DNA of 64,000 bases from an uncultured Bacilli bacterium (GTDB taxonomy: Bacteria; Bacillota_I; Bacilli_A; RF39; UBA660): NCBI GenBank assembly GCA_934090935.1, contig CAKOKD010000002.1, positions 25,438 through 89,437 of the forward strand. The letters run 5' to 3'. Shown here in pieces: positions 46,865 to 57,316 of the stretch. Position 1 is the first letter of the stretch. Each line of letters opens with the position of its first letter. The notes beneath the pieces were generated by a model, which was given only the letters and a program-made list of their open reading frames with translations, did not search any database and was not told the DNA's origin. The translations under genes and the position numbers were made by a program.

Positions 46865-47335
46865 ATGCCAGGAAAAAAAGAAATTAAATTGACTGCTAAT
46901 GGTTATTTAGAAGTTGAAAATGAACTAAATAAATTAAGAGAAGAAGACAGACCAAGAATTATTCAAGCTATTAAAGAAGCAAGAGCTCAAGGTGACTTAT
47001 CTGAAAATGCCGACTACGATGCAGCTAGAAATGAACAAGCTCAAGTAGAAGCAAGAATTAAAGAACTTGAATATATGATTGAACATGCTGTTATCATAGA
47101 AGAAGCTCCAAAAGATGTTGTTGGTCTAGGTTCAACTGTTGAAATAGAATATGTTGATGATGGAGATACTGAAGAATATAAAATAGTAGGTTCTCTAGAA
47201 GCTGATCCGTTTGAAAATAAGATCAGTGATGAATCACCAATAGGTGCTGCTTTATCTGGTAAGAAAGTAGGAGACATAGTTAAAGTTCCAAGTCCAAACG
47301 GAGATTACGATGTTAAAATTGTTAAGATATCTTAA
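46865..47335 (+). CDS. greA: Transcription elongation factor GreA
   Basis: ARAQGDLSENADYDAARNEQA and the C-terminal pattern SPIGAALSGKKVGD. Confidence 0.9.
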   Translation: MPGKKEIKLTANGYLEVENELNKLREEDRPRIIQAIKEARAQGDLSENADYDAARNEQAQVEARIKELEYMIEHAVIIEEAPKDVVGLGSTVEIEYVDDGDTEEYKIVGSLEADPFENKISDESPIGAALSGKKVGDIVKVPSPNGDYDVKIVKIS

Positions 47336-47442
47336 CAATTTTTTTATGGATTTTTTTACTTTACACATAAAAAAACAAAATAATTAAAATACAACAAATA
47401 TGTAGTATAATAAAACTATACAGTAGGATATTTACAGGAAGT

Positions 47443-47492
47443 AATGTAAACTCTCCAAAATGACTTGAAAATCGGGGGGGGTATTATAAAAT
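47443..47492 (+). promoter_or_regulatory. Family promoter copy 3: AATGTAAA-N14-TTGAAAATC-G8-TATTATAAAAT
   Basis: AATGTAAA at 47443-47450, TTGAAA at 47465-47470, G8 at 47474-47481 and TAAAAT at 47487-47492. Confidence 0.6.
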
Positions 47493-47517
47493 AAAATAGT
47501 AGAAAGTAGGGAATAAT

Positions 47518-48369
47518 ATGAAGAAGAAAAGTATGCTTATAGTAGCAATATTACTAATGAGTATTGGATTTGCAGCAATTTCAACAACATTAATAATAAA
47601 CGGGTCTGCTAAGGTAAGTGAAAATCAAGATGACTTCTCAGTTATCTTCACAGCTGCAACATTAGATGGAAAGGATGTATATTCATCAGTAGTAGATGAT
47701 ACAAAGAAGATAATTAATTTCACAACAAGTGATTTAAAAACACTTAATCAAACAAGTATATTAAATTATGAAGTAACAAATAACTCAAGTAACTATGATG
47801 CAGAAGTAAATGTAACGTGTGTACCAAAGACTGGAACAACAGCAAAATATACAAGTATCAAAAATAAACTAGATAATGATGCAACAGTAGTTAAAGCAAA
47901 AAGTTCAGTAAATGGAACATTAACAGTAACACTAGATAAGGTAGCAACAGAAAGTGTAACCGAAGAATATACATGCAAATTAGAATTCAATGCAGTAGAA
48001 AGAGATACATTAGGAGTAACAAAATTAACATACTATTATGCATTTGGAACACCAACAACAGCAAGTGCAACAGATTATACAACATTAGGAAAAAATGTAT
48101 TTGTAAGATTGGGGTCTGATGATTCAAAAGCAGTATGTATAAATGATAATGGATTATTTTGTATCAAACCAAATGATTATGACAATTCAGTTTTAGCATT
48201 AAAAAATCATTTTGGAGAATCGGCTTGTAGTGACGATGGTTCTAACTTCAACTGCAACTCTGATGCATTCAGTTGCAATGCTAATTCATATGGCAACGTG
48301 AATTGCGACGATAACTCGACTAATGAGTACTGCATTGTGTACCAGGATGGTCGTGTTGCGTGCCGCTAG
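47518..48369 (+). CDS. Family member 3: shared N-module fused to a short Cys-rich C-terminal domain
   Basis: N-terminus MKKKSMLIVAILLMSIGFAAISTTLIING...EEYTCKLEFNAVER. The tail has 10 Cys (CINDNGLFC...CSDDGSNFNCNSDAFSCNANSYGNVNCDDNSTNEYCIVYQDGRVAC). Confidence 0.75.
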   Translation: MKKKSMLIVAILLMSIGFAAISTTLIINGSAKVSENQDDFSVIFTAATLDGKDVYSSVVDDTKKIINFTTSDLKTLNQTSILNYEVTNNSSNYDAEVNVTCVPKTGTTAKYTSIKNKLDNDATVVKAKSSVNGTLTVTLDKVATESVTEEYTCKLEFNAVERDTLGVTKLTYYYAFGTPTTASATDYTTLGKNVFVRLGSDDSKAVCINDNGLFCIKPNDYDNSVLALKNHFGESACSDDGSNFNCNSDAFSCNANSYGNVNCDDNSTNEYCIVYQDGRVACR

Positions 48370-48455
48370 TCTTGCCTCCCTGGATTATATCTAAAAATCT
48401 AAAATCTATCTTTTGATTTATCAAAAGATGTTGAGGAGTATAAGAATATTTAAAA

Positions 48456-48487
48456 TAAGATGTGTGAATTACATATCTTATTTTTTT
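48456..48487 (+). terminator. Rho-independent terminator
   Basis: TAAGATGTGT-gaatt-ACATATCTTA followed by T7. Confidence 0.7.
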
Positions 48488-48569
48488 ATAAAATTAGTGA
48501 TAATGTCCAAATATTGCTTGAGTTAGATTGTATAATTTGGTATAATTTTATCTATCAAAGGGGAATCTT

Positions 48570-49166
48570 ATGGAACATTACTTTACTAATAATAGTAAAT
48601 TAAAAAGTGAATTTAGAAACGTTTATTTACATATTTTTGATGATTCTTTAGAGTTTACAAGTGATTTAGGTGTGTTTTCTAAAGATAAAGTTGATTATGG
48701 TTCTAAATTATTAATCGAAACTTTTTTAAAAGAAGATATATCATATTCAAGTGTTCTTGATTTGGGATGCGGATATGGTGTAATTGGTTTAACGGTTTGC
48801 AAGTATAAAAATACATCCGTTACTCTTGCGGATGTTAACAAACGGGCTCTTCATTTAACAGAGATGAATGCTAAAAAGTTTGGTTTGAAAGTTAATATTG
48901 TTGAATCAAATATTTATTCTAATATAGATGGGTGTTTTGATGTAATATTAACTAATCCTCCTATTCGTGCAGGAAAGACGGTTATTACTGAATTTATAAT
49001 GGGAGCGAGTAAACACTTAAATAAATCCGGTTATCTTTATATCGTAATGCGCAAAGATCAAGGCGCTAAAAGCATGATTGAAACCATGAAAAGTATATAC
49101 GATGTAAATATAATTGAAAAAAGCAAAGGTTTTTATATAATTAAAGCAAAACTTATTGACAAGTAA
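48570..49166 (+). CDS. Small-domain SAM methyltransferase (YbxB/RsmC-like)
   Basis: LDLGCGYGVIG (motif I) and LTNPPIRAGK. It sits upstream of rpoB, as B. subtilis ybxB does. Confidence 0.8.
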   Translation: MEHYFTNNSKLKSEFRNVYLHIFDDSLEFTSDLGVFSKDKVDYGSKLLIETFLKEDISYSSVLDLGCGYGVIGLTVCKYKNTSVTLADVNKRALHLTEMNAKKFGLKVNIVESNIYSNIDGCFDVILTNPPIRAGKTVITEFIMGASKHLNKSGYLYIVMRKDQGAKSMIETMKSIYDVNIIEKSKGFYIIKAKLIDK

Positions 49167-49253
49167 ATAATTTACTGATAAAATTTTAAATTGGTGGCGA
49201 ATACTCCTTTTTGCGTGGAGAAGCTCAAAAAATTACTATAGTATTGGGGTGAA

Positions 49254-52200
49254 ATGATGGCATACAAAGTTCAAAAATTTGGTGACCATAGAGAAAGAAG
49301 ATCTTTCTCAAAAACTACTAACGCCTTGGCATTGACTGACTTGTTAGAAATTCAAAAGAAAAGTTATGATTGGTTCTTAACTGAAGGAATTGACGAAGTA
49401 TTTAAAGATATATTCCCAGTAGAATCATTCACAGGAAAGGTATCACTTGAATTTGATTCATATTCATTTGATGAACCTAGATATGGAGTAAAGGAATCTA
49501 AAGAAAGAATGGTTACTTACTCAGCACCTTTAAAGGTTCAAGCAAGAGTATTCATTCATGAAACTGGAGAAGTTAAAGAACAAGAAATCTTCTTGGGTGA
49601 CATGCCAATGATGACTGATGCAGGAACATTCATTATTAATGGTGTAGAAAGAGTAATCGTATCTCAATTAGTAAGAAGTCCATCAATCTATTTCAAAAGA
49701 GAGATTGATAAAAATGGACGTCCAGTTGTTTCTGGAGAAATTATTCCAAATAGAGGTACGTGGTTAGAATTTGAACTTGATGCTCGTGATGTTGTATATG
49801 TTCGTATTGATAGAACTAGAAAAGTTACTATTACAACATTATTACGTGCTTTAGGTTTATCTGGTGATGAAGAAATTCTAGAGGTATTTGGTGAAGATAA
49901 TCAATTCATTAAAAATACTTTAGAAAAAGATTCAACTAAGAATACTGATGAAGCCTTAATTGAAATATATGAAAAATTACGTCCAGGAGAACCTGCAACA
50001 CTTGAATCTGCAAAGAACCAAATGATTACAAGATTCTTCGATAAATTCCGTTATGACTTAGCAAAAGTTGGACGTTATAAATTTAATAAAAAACTAAATG
50101 TCTTAGATAGACTTTTAGGAATGAAACTAGCAGAAGATATTAAAGTCGATAAACAAGTTATATGTGAAAAAGGTACAATAGTAGATAAAACAATTCTTGA
50201 AACATTAAGACCAATATTTGCCGATGGTTACAATGTAAAAGAAATTAGAATTAATGATGAACTTGATCAATATAATAAAGTTCAAACAGTAAAAGTATAT
50301 GATAAAAAGAATGAAAACAGAGTAATTACTATAATCGGTAATGATCAATCAATCGATTCTAGAAGACTTACTATAAGCGATGTTTATGGTGCAGTAAGTT
50401 ATTATTTAGACTTACTTGATGGATTCGGAAACGTTGATGAAATTGACCATTTAGGAAACAGACGTGTAAGACAAGTTGGAGAATTAATCCAAAATCAATT
50501 CAAAACTGGTATTGCTCGTATGGAAAGAGTTATTCGTGAAAGAATGACTACTCAAGAATTAGATCAAATTACTCCAAAAACATTAATCAACATAAGACCA
50601 GTTACAGCAGCTATGAAAGAATTCTTTGGTTCAAGTCAATTGTCGAAATTCATGGATCAAATTAATCCAATAGCTGAGTTAACAGATAAACGTCGTTTAA
50701 GTTCTTTAGGACCTGGTGGTTTATCTCGTGATAGAGCTGGAATGGATGTTCGTGACGTTAACGTATCTCACTACGGAAGAATTTGTCCAATCGAATCTCC
50801 AGAAGGTGCAAACATCGGTCTTATCACATCTTTAGCAAGCTATGCTAAGATTAATGAGTATGGATTTATAATGACTCCATATAGAAAAGTTATTGATAAA
50901 CATGTTACTGATGAAATAGTTTATTTAACTGCTGATGAAGAAGCAGACTATTACATCGGACAAGCAACTATTGAAATGGATGAAAATAATAATTTAACAA
51001 GTGATGAAAATGCATGCCGTTTAAATGGTGATAACGTTTATGCTAAAGCAAGTCAAATTAACTTCATTGATGTTGCCCCAAGTCAAATTGTTTCAATCAC
51101 TACAAGTATTATTCCATTCTTGGATCACGATGATGCAACTCGTGCCCTAATGGGTTCAAACATGCAACGTCAAGCTGTTCCACTACTTAGAACTGAAGCT
51201 CCTTTAATTGGAACAGGAGTTGAGTATATAGCAGCAAGAGATTCAGGATCTACAATAGTTTGTAAAGCAGATGGTGTAGTTGAATATGCTGATGCTAAAA
51301 AAATAGTTGTTAAAACTCAAAAAGACAAAGATGTATATTACTTAGCAAACTTTGAAAGAAGTAATGCTGAAAGTTGTATAAATCATTCTCCAATTGTTGT
51401 TGCTGGTGAAAAGGTACACAAAGGAGAAGTTATAGCTGATGGACCTTCAACTGATAAAGGTGAATTGGCTTTAGGTAAAAACATGGTTGTAGCATTCATG
51501 ACATGTAATGGATATAACTATGAGGATGCCGTTGTATTAAATGAAAGATTAGTTAAAGATGATGTTTATACATCTCTACATATTGAACATTATGATATAG
51601 ATTGTCGTGATACTAAACTTGGACCTGAAGAGATTACTCGTGATATACCAAATGTTGGTGAAGATGCAAGACGTAATCTTGATGCTGAAGGTATTATTAG
51701 AATTGGTACTGAAGTACATGAAGGAGATATCCTAGTTGGTAAAGTTACTCCAAAAGGTGTTCAAGAATTAACTTCAGAAGAAAAATTATTACATGCAATA
51801 TTTGGAGAAAAAACTCGTGAAGTTAGAGATACTTCATTAAGAGTTGCTCATGGAGCTGATGGTATTGTTCATGATGTTAAAGTATATACTAAAGAAAACA
51901 GCGATGAACTTCCTGCTGGTGTATCTAAAGTTGTAAGAATTTACATAGTTCAAAAACGTAAGATTCAAGTAGGAGATAAGATGTCTGGACGTCATGGTAA
52001 TAAAGGTGTTGTTTCATTGATATTACCAGAAGAGGATATGCCTTATATGCCAGATGGAAGACCTGTAGATGTAGTATTAAATCCACAAGGTGTTCCAAGC
52101 CGTATGAACCTAGGACAAATTCTAGAATTACACTTAGGTATGGCTGCCAAGAAACTTGGCGTACATGTTGCAACTCCTGTATTCGATGGTGCAACAATTG

Positions 52201-52883
52201 ATGAAATTTATGAAATGATGGATGAAGCCGGAATGGATCATGATGGTAAAACTGTTTTATATGATGGTAAAACTGGTGAACCATTCGAAAACAGAGTATC
52301 TGTTGGTGTCATGTATATGATAAAACTTCACCACATGGTAGATGATAAACTTCATGCTCGTTCAACTGGACCATACAGTTTAGTTACTCAACAACCTTTA
52401 GGCGGTAAAGCTCAATTTGGTGGTCAAAGATTTGGAGAAATGGAAGTTTGGGCACTATATGCATATGGTGCAAGTCATGTTCTACAAGAAATTATGACAG
52501 TTAAATCGGATGATGTAACTGGACGTGTTAAAGTATATGAAGCTTTAGTTAAAGGTAAACCAATTTCAACTGCTGGTGTTCCAGAAAGTTTCAGAGTATT
52601 AATTAAAGAGTTCCAAGCTCTAGGATTAAATATTGAAATGATTGATTATGACGATAAAGTTCATGATTTAAGAGAACTTGAAGCAGATGAAGATGACGGA
52701 GATGCATTAACTATTGATGAAATAGATATCAATACTGGAGAGGTAAAGGGTAAACCTGCTGTAGAAGAAACTCCAGTAGAAGAAACGGATGAATTCGATA
52801 GTGAAGATGAAGAATTCGAAGATGAACCAAGCATAGACGATATAATGGCTTTGGAAAATGGTTTTGAAGGAGGGGAAGAATAA
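49254..52883 (+). CDS. rpoB: DNA-directed RNA polymerase subunit beta
   Basis: Canonical beta-subunit motifs ([23 protein letters not shown]-type, [14 protein letters not shown]). It has an acidic C-terminal tail. Confidence 0.95.
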   Translation: MMAYKVQKFGDHRERRSFSKTTNALALTDLLEIQKKSYDWFLTEGIDEVFKDIFPVESFTGKVSLEFDSYSFDEPRYGVKESKERMVTYSAPLKVQARVFIHETGEVKEQEIFLGDMPMMTDAGTFIINGVERVIVSQLVRSPSIYFKREIDKNGRPVVSGEIIPNRGTWLEFELDARDVVYVRIDRTRKVTITTLLRALGLSGDEEILEVFGEDNQFIKNTLEKDSTKNTDEALIEIYEKLRPGEPATLESAKNQMITRFFDKFRYDLAKVGRYKFNKKLNVLDRLLGMKLAEDIKVDKQVICEKGTIVDKTILETLRPIFADGYNVKEIRINDELDQYNKVQTVKVYDKKNENRVITIIGNDQSIDSRRLTISDVYGAVSYYLDLLDGFGNVDEIDHLGNRRVRQVGELIQNQFKTGIARMERVIRERMTTQELDQITPKTLINIRPVTAAMKEFFGSSQLSKFMDQINPIAELTDKRRLSSLGPGGLSRDRAGMDVRDVNVSHYGRICPIESPEGANIGLITSLASYAKINEYGFIMTPYRKVIDKHVTDEIVYLTADEEADYYIGQATIEMDENNNLTSDENACRLNGDNVYAKASQINFIDVAPSQIVSITTSIIPFLDHDDATRALMGSNMQRQAVPLLRTEAPLIGTGVEYIAARDSGSTIVCKADGVVEYADAKKIVVKTQKDKDVYYLANFERSNAESCINHSPIVVAGEKVHKGEVIADGPSTDKGELALGKNMVVAFMTCNGYNYEDAVVLNERLVKDDVYTSLHIEHYDIDCRDTKLGPEEITRDIPNVGEDARRNLDAEGIIRIGTEVHEGDILVGKVTPKGVQELTSEEKLLHAIFGEKTREVRDTSLRVAHGADGIVHDVKVYTKENSDELPAGVSKVVRIYIVQKRKIQVGDKMSGRHGNKGVVSLILPEEDMPYMPDGRPVDVVLNPQGVPSRMNLGQILELHLGMAAKKLGVHVATPVFDGATIDEIYEMMDEAGMDHDGKTVLYDGKTGEPFENRVSVGVMYMIKLHHMVDDKLHARSTGPYSLVTQQPLGGKAQFGGQRFGEMEVWALYAYGASHVLQEIMTVKSDDVTGRVKVYEALVKGKPISTAGVPESFRVLIKEFQALGLNIEMIDYDDKVHDLRELEADEDDGDALTIDEIDINTGEVKGKPAVEETPVEETDEFDSEDEEFEDEPSIDDIMALENGFEGGEE

Positions 52884-55800
52884 TGTTAGAAGTTAACAAC
52901 ATTAAAGGTATAAGAATTAGTATTGCTAGCCCTGAGAAAATAAGAGAATGGTCTTATGGTGAAGTAAAAAAACCAGAAACTATCAACTATCGTACTTTAA
53001 AACCAGAAAGAGATGGACTATTCTGTGAAAAAATCTTTGGACCAAGTAAAGATTATGAATGTTCATGTGGTAAATATAAAAGATTAAGATATAAAAATGT
53101 AATATGTGATAGATGTGGAGTAGAAGTTACTAAGTCTAAAGTACGTCGTGAACGTATGGGACATATAGAGCTTGCTTCTCCTTGCTCTCATATTTGGTTT
53201 TTTAAGGGTGTACCTTCAAAAATGGGCCTTGTTCTAGATATGTCTCCAAGAGACCTAGAAGAAGTATTATATTTCGTAAGTTATGTAGTAATCAATCCAG
53301 GAAATGCACCTCTTGAAAAGAAACAAACTTTATCTGATAAAGAATACCGTGCTTACTATGAAAAATATGGAAATGGTTTTGAAGTAGGTATGGGTGCTGA
53401 AGCTATCAAAAAACTTCTACAAGAAGTAGATGTTGATAAAGAAGTTGAAGCATTAAAAGAAGAATTAAATGGGGCAACAGGTCAAAAGAGAATTCGTTTA
53501 GGTAAACGTCTTGATTGTTTAGTTGCATTCCAAGAAAGTGGTAATAAACCTGAATGGATGATACTAGATGCTATTCCAGTTATTCCACCAGATTTAAGAC
53601 CAATGATTCAACTTGATGGTGGTAGATTTGCTACATCTGATTTAAATGATTTATATAGAAGAATTATTAATAGAAATAATCGTTTGAAAAAATTACTTGA
53701 ATTAGGTGCTCCATCAATAATCGTTCAAAACGAAAAACGTATGTTACAAGAGGCTGTAGATACATTATTTGATAATGGTAGACGTGGTAGAAGTGTTACA
53801 GCTGCATCAAGTCGTCCATTAAAATCATTATCTAGTATGCTTAAAGGTAAACAAGGACGTTTCCGTCAAAACTTATTAGGTAAACGTGTTGACTACTCAG
53901 GTCGTTCAGTTATCGTTGTTGGACCAAGCTTAAAGATGTATCAATGTGGTATACCTAAAGAGATGGCTCTTGAATTATTTAAACCACATGTAATTAATGG
54001 TTTAGTTAATGCCGGACTTGCTCACAATATTAAAGGCGCTAAGAAATTAATTGATAATAGAGATGACTGTGTTTGGGATATCGTTGAAGATGTTATCACT
54101 GAACATCCAGTAATGTTAAACCGTGCTCCAACTCTACATAGATTAGGTATCCAAGCATTTGAACCTAAGCTAGTAGGTGGTAAAGCTATTCGTCTACATC
54201 CACTTGTTTGTACAGCATTCAACGCAGACTTCGATGGAGACCAAATGGCAGTACACGTTCCACTTTCAGAAGAAGCTAAAGCTGAAGCTAGAATTCTTAT
54301 GTTAGGTGCTAACAATATTTTAAAACCATCTGATGGAAAACCAATCGTTACTCCAGGACAAGATATGGTTTTAGGTAACTATTATCTAACAATGGAAAAA
54401 GCTGGAGAAGAACATGAAGGTAAAGTATATAAAAATGAAGATGAAGCTTTAATGGCTTATGAAAGAAAAGAAGTTACTTTACATACAAGAATTGCTATTC
54501 CAGTTAGAAGCTTTAAATATAAATTATTCTTAGATGATGTTCAAGATAAGTATTTAGTAACTACTGTAGGTAAGATTAAGTTTAACCAAATTTTACCAGA
54601 TACTTTCCAATACTTAGCTGAACCAACTAAGGAAAACATTGAAGGAATTACTCCAATGAACTATTTCTTAGATCAAGGAGTAAATATTCCTGAAGAAATA
54701 AGTAAGATGCCACTTGCTAAACCATTTGGTAAAAAAGACTTACAAAAAGTAATTGCTCAAGTATTTAAACGTTTCAAAACAACTGAAACATCAATAATGC
54801 TTGATAAATTAAAAGACTTAGGATTTAAGTTCTCTACTATAGCAGGTATTACATTCTCAATGTCTGATATCGTTGTATCTGCTCATAAGCAAGAATACTT
54901 AAAAGAAGGTCATGATAAAGTTGAACAAATCAACAAACAATATAAACGTGGTTTAATTACTGATGAAGAAAGACATAATTCAGTATGTGACGTATGGAAT
55001 GGCGTACAAGATAAGGTTCATGGTGAACTTGCTAGTGTTGCCAAAGAACAAATTGATAACCCAATCTTCATGATGATGAACTCTGGTGCCCGTGGTTCTG
55101 TTGGACAATTCGGTCAAATGGCAGGAATGTCAGGATTAATGGCAAAACCAGATGGAACAGTTTCTGAAGTTCCAATAACTTCATCACTTGTTGAAGGACG
55201 TAAAGTTAATGAGTTCTTCTTAAATACACATGGTGCTCGTAAAGGATCTGCCGATACAGCATTACGTACTGCTGATTCAGGTTACTTAACAAGAAGACTT
55301 GTAGATGTTGCTCAAGATATTATTGTTAAAGAAGCTGATTGTGGATGTTTATCTGGTTTAGTTGTATCTGATTTGGTTGACGATAAAGATGGATCTGTAA
55401 TTGAAGGTTTAATCGATCGTATAACTGGAAGATATACTGCTAAGAAGGTAATTAATCCAGAAACAAAAGAAACAATTATTGATAAAAACGAACTTATTAC
55501 TGAATCAATTGCTGCTAAAATTGTTAAAGCAGGAATTAAAGAAGTTGAAATTCGTAGTGCTCTAACATGTACAGCTGAAAATGGTGTATGTCAAAAATGT
55601 TATGGTATTAACTTAGCTACTGGTAACTTAGTTGAAACTGGTGAAGCTGTAGGTATTATGGCTGCTCAATCAATTGGTGAACCAGGTACTCAGTTAACAA
55701 TGCGTACATTCCACTCAGGTGGTGCTGCCCATGGTGGAGATGCCGATATCACTCAAGGTCTTCCAAGAGTTGAAGAGTTGTTTGAAGCTCGTAATCCAAA

Positions 55801-56587
55801 AGGTAAATCTACTATTGCTGAAATCAATGGTAAAGTTACAAACATTGAAGATGCTAATGGTAAATGGAAAGTTACTATTACAAATGATGTTGAATCTAGA
55901 GAACATACAACAACTTATGAAGCTAAATTAGTTGTAGAAGTTGGTAGTGAAGTAGTTGCCGGACAAAAACTTACTCAAGGAGCTATTAGTCCAAAAGAAT
56001 TACTTGCTGTTACTGACCCAATTACAACTCAAAATTATATCTTAAAAGAAATCTTAAAAGTTTATAAATCTCAAGGTGTTGATATCTCTGATAAACACGT
56101 TGAAATTATAGCTAGTAGAATGATTAATAAGATGAGAGTAGTAGATGAAGGAGATTCTGATTTAGTTGCAGGATTAACAGTATCAATGAAAGAATTTGCT
56201 GATAGAAATAAACCAGTTATCTTATCTGGTGGTGTACCAGCTACTGGTAGACCAGTAATCTTAGGTATAACTAAGAGTGCTCTTGAAACTGATTCATTCT
56301 TATCTGCTGCATCATTCCAAGAGACTACAAGAGTATTGACTGACGCTGCTATTAAAGGTAAAGTTGATTACTTAAAGGGATTAAAAGAAAATGTTATCCT
56401 TGGTAAACTTATACCAGCAGGAACTGGTGCTAAACAATATTCAGATATTGAAATTCAACTTGAAAAAGATTTCTTATCTGATGATGCTAGCGAAGTATTA
56501 GAAGATCAATTCTTAGATGATGACACTGATGATATTAAAGAAGAGTTAGTCGTTGTTGATGAAGAAACTAACGAAGAAGCTGAATAG
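52883..56587 (+). CDS. rpoC: DNA-directed RNA polymerase subunit beta'
   Basis: Zn finger CSCGKYK..C..CG, the catalytic motif [12 protein letters not shown] and the trigger-loop region. Its start overlaps the rpoB stop. Confidence 0.95.
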   Translation: MLEVNNIKGIRISIASPEKIREWSYGEVKKPETINYRTLKPERDGLFCEKIFGPSKDYECSCGKYKRLRYKNVICDRCGVEVTKSKVRRERMGHIELASPCSHIWFFKGVPSKMGLVLDMSPRDLEEVLYFVSYVVINPGNAPLEKKQTLSDKEYRAYYEKYGNGFEVGMGAEAIKKLLQEVDVDKEVEALKEELNGATGQKRIRLGKRLDCLVAFQESGNKPEWMILDAIPVIPPDLRPMIQLDGGRFATSDLNDLYRRIINRNNRLKKLLELGAPSIIVQNEKRMLQEAVDTLFDNGRRGRSVTAASSRPLKSLSSMLKGKQGRFRQNLLGKRVDYSGRSVIVVGPSLKMYQCGIPKEMALELFKPHVINGLVNAGLAHNIKGAKKLIDNRDDCVWDIVEDVITEHPVMLNRAPTLHRLGIQAFEPKLVGGKAIRLHPLVCTAFNADFDGDQMAVHVPLSEEAKAEARILMLGANNILKPSDGKPIVTPGQDMVLGNYYLTMEKAGEEHEGKVYKNEDEALMAYERKEVTLHTRIAIPVRSFKYKLFLDDVQDKYLVTTVGKIKFNQILPDTFQYLAEPTKENIEGITPMNYFLDQGVNIPEEISKMPLAKPFGKKDLQKVIAQVFKRFKTTETSIMLDKLKDLGFKFSTIAGITFSMSDIVVSAHKQEYLKEGHDKVEQINKQYKRGLITDEERHNSVCDVWNGVQDKVHGELASVAKEQIDNPIFMMMNSGARGSVGQFGQMAGMSGLMAKPDGTVSEVPITSSLVEGRKVNEFFLNTHGARKGSADTALRTADSGYLTRRLVDVAQDIIVKEADCGCLSGLVVSDLVDDKDGSVIEGLIDRITGRYTAKKVINPETKETIIDKNELITESIAAKIVKAGIKEVEIRSALTCTAENGVCQKCYGINLATGNLVETGEAVGIMAAQSIGEPGTQLTMRTFHSGGAAHGGDADITQGLPRVEELFEARNPKGKSTIAEINGKVTNIEDANGKWKVTITNDVESREHTTTYEAKLVVEVGSEVVAGQKLTQGAISPKELLAVTDPITTQNYILKEILKVYKSQGVDISDKHVEIIASRMINKMRVVDEGDSDLVAGLTVSMKEFADRNKPVILSGGVPATGRPVILGITKSALETDSFLSAASFQETTRVLTDAAIKGKVDYLKGLKENVILGKLIPAGTGAKQYSDIEIQLEKDFLSDDASEVLEDQFLDDDTDDIKEELVVVDEETNEEAE

Positions 56588-56600
56588 TTTCTTCTTTTTT
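56573..56600 (+). terminator. Weak rpoC terminator
   Basis: GAAGAA-10 nt-TTCTTC followed by T6. The stem is short and AT-rich. Confidence 0.4.
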
Positions 56601-56702
56601 CTTGCAAAATAAAAACATATGTAGTAATATGTATTTAGAGATGCAACATTGCATACAATAAAAAAGGGAACATTCAGTTTTTGCTAGTTGAATGTCTACC
56701 TA
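56589..56702 (+). repeat. Direct repeat copy 1 (~114 bp, one mismatch versus copy 2)
   Basis: TTTCTT..TTTTCTTGCAAAATAAAAACATATGTAGTAATATGTATTTAGAGATGCAACATTGCATACAATAAAAAAGGGAACATTCAGTTTTTGCTAGTTGAATGTCTACCTA recurs 390 bp downstream. Confidence 0.9.
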
Positions 56703-56745
56703 ACGATTTGTAGACACTTATCTTTGCAGATGAGTGTCGTTTTTA
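56637..56745 (+). ncRNA. Candidate small RNA 1, a putative antitoxin RNA convergent with the small peptide gene
   Basis: Promoter TTGCAA (56602-56607), 17-nt spacer, TAATAT (56625-56630). Internal hairpins ATGCAA/TTGCAT and ACATTCA/TGAATGT. Terminator GACACTTA-loop-TGAGTGTC followed by T5 at 56713-56745. No ORF with an RBS. Confidence 0.45.
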
Positions 56746-56758
56746 TTCATAGGTGATA

Positions 56759-56842
56759 CTACTTCAAGATAATGAAGAGTAAGGCTATTAATAAGTTGAT
56801 AATAATGATTAAGCTTAAAATTAAAAAATCTTTCTTTCCCAT
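56759..56842 (-). CDS. 27-aa hydrophobic peptide MGKKDFLILSLIIIINLLIALLFIILK (type I toxin-like)
   Basis: It is not in the ORF track because it is shorter than 60 aa. It has its own promoter (see next feature) and a GAGAGGA Shine-Dalgarno sequence upstream. The 5' UTR can fold (GAACATC/GATGTTC and CCTCT/AGAGG) over the SD region. Confidence 0.45.
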   Translation of the reverse strand: MGKKDFLILSLIIIINLLIALLFIILK

Positions 56843-56910
56843 ATATATCAAGAACATCCTCTCTATAAAGATTAGAGGCAGACACTCAACAACTGATGTT
56901 CCTAAACCTA

Positions 56911-56939
56911 ATTGTAGCAGCATAGTGAAATAAAATCAA
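56911..56939 (-). promoter_or_regulatory. Promoter for the small peptide gene: TTGATT-17-TGcTACAAT
   Basis: On the - strand, TTGATT is at 56939-56934, followed by a 17-nt spacer, then an extended -10 TGC-TACAAT with TACAAT at 56916-56911. Confidence 0.5.
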
Positions 56940-56979
56940 GATAAAAAATACAAATGTTCGATTTTGAAAATCTGTAATA

Positions 56980-57092
56980 TTTCTTTTTTTCTTGCAAAAT
57001 AAAAACATATGTAGTAATACGTATTTAGAGATGCAACATTGCATACAATAAAAAAGGGAACATTCAGTTTTTGCTAGTTGAATGTCTACCTA
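56980..57092 (+). repeat. Direct repeat copy 2
   Basis: It is identical to 56589-56702 except for a T-to-C change in the -10 box (TAATAC) and a small poly-T length difference. Confidence 0.9.
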
Positions 57093-57143
57093 TTATTATT
57101 TTGGTTGGACATTTAATTCTAATGAATTAAGTGTCATTTTTTT
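57027..57143 (+). ncRNA. Candidate small RNA 2, a paralogue of sRNA 1 with a diverged 3' terminator
   Basis: Promoter TTGCAA (56992-56997), 17-nt spacer, TAATAC (57015-57020). Its first ~65 nt match sRNA 1. Terminator GACATTTAATTC-taat-GAATTAAGTGTC followed by T7 at 57108-57143. Confidence 0.4.
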
Positions 57144-57316
57144 ATTGCTAGTACCAATAATTTGATAGCGATGCGTTTAAGGAACTTTATAACAAAGTTT
57201 CTTTTTTTGATATTAAGTTTTTCATTACATAAAAAATACTATTAAAAAGTTGATAAATCGGTTTAGTTTTAATGATATTTAGTGTATAATAATTCATATA
57301 GGTAGGATGTGGCTTC

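Noticed and set aside
56964-56980. TTGAAAATC, the 9-mer of the family promoter, also occurs just upstream of sRNA repeat copy 2.
   Set aside because: It has no G tract, no AATGTAAA box at -14 and no -10 at a usable distance. A 9-mer of this composition is likely to recur by chance in AT-rich DNA.
57093-57316. A second small toxin-like ORF downstream of sRNA copy 2, which would give two complete TA modules.
   Set aside because: The only - strand ORFs there (for example MNYYTLNIIKTKPIYQLFNSIFYVMKNLISKKETLL) are not hydrophobic-helix peptides, lack an RBS and overlap the polC promoter. A hairpin followed by a T-run at 57181-57208 is present, but nothing convincing is attached to it.
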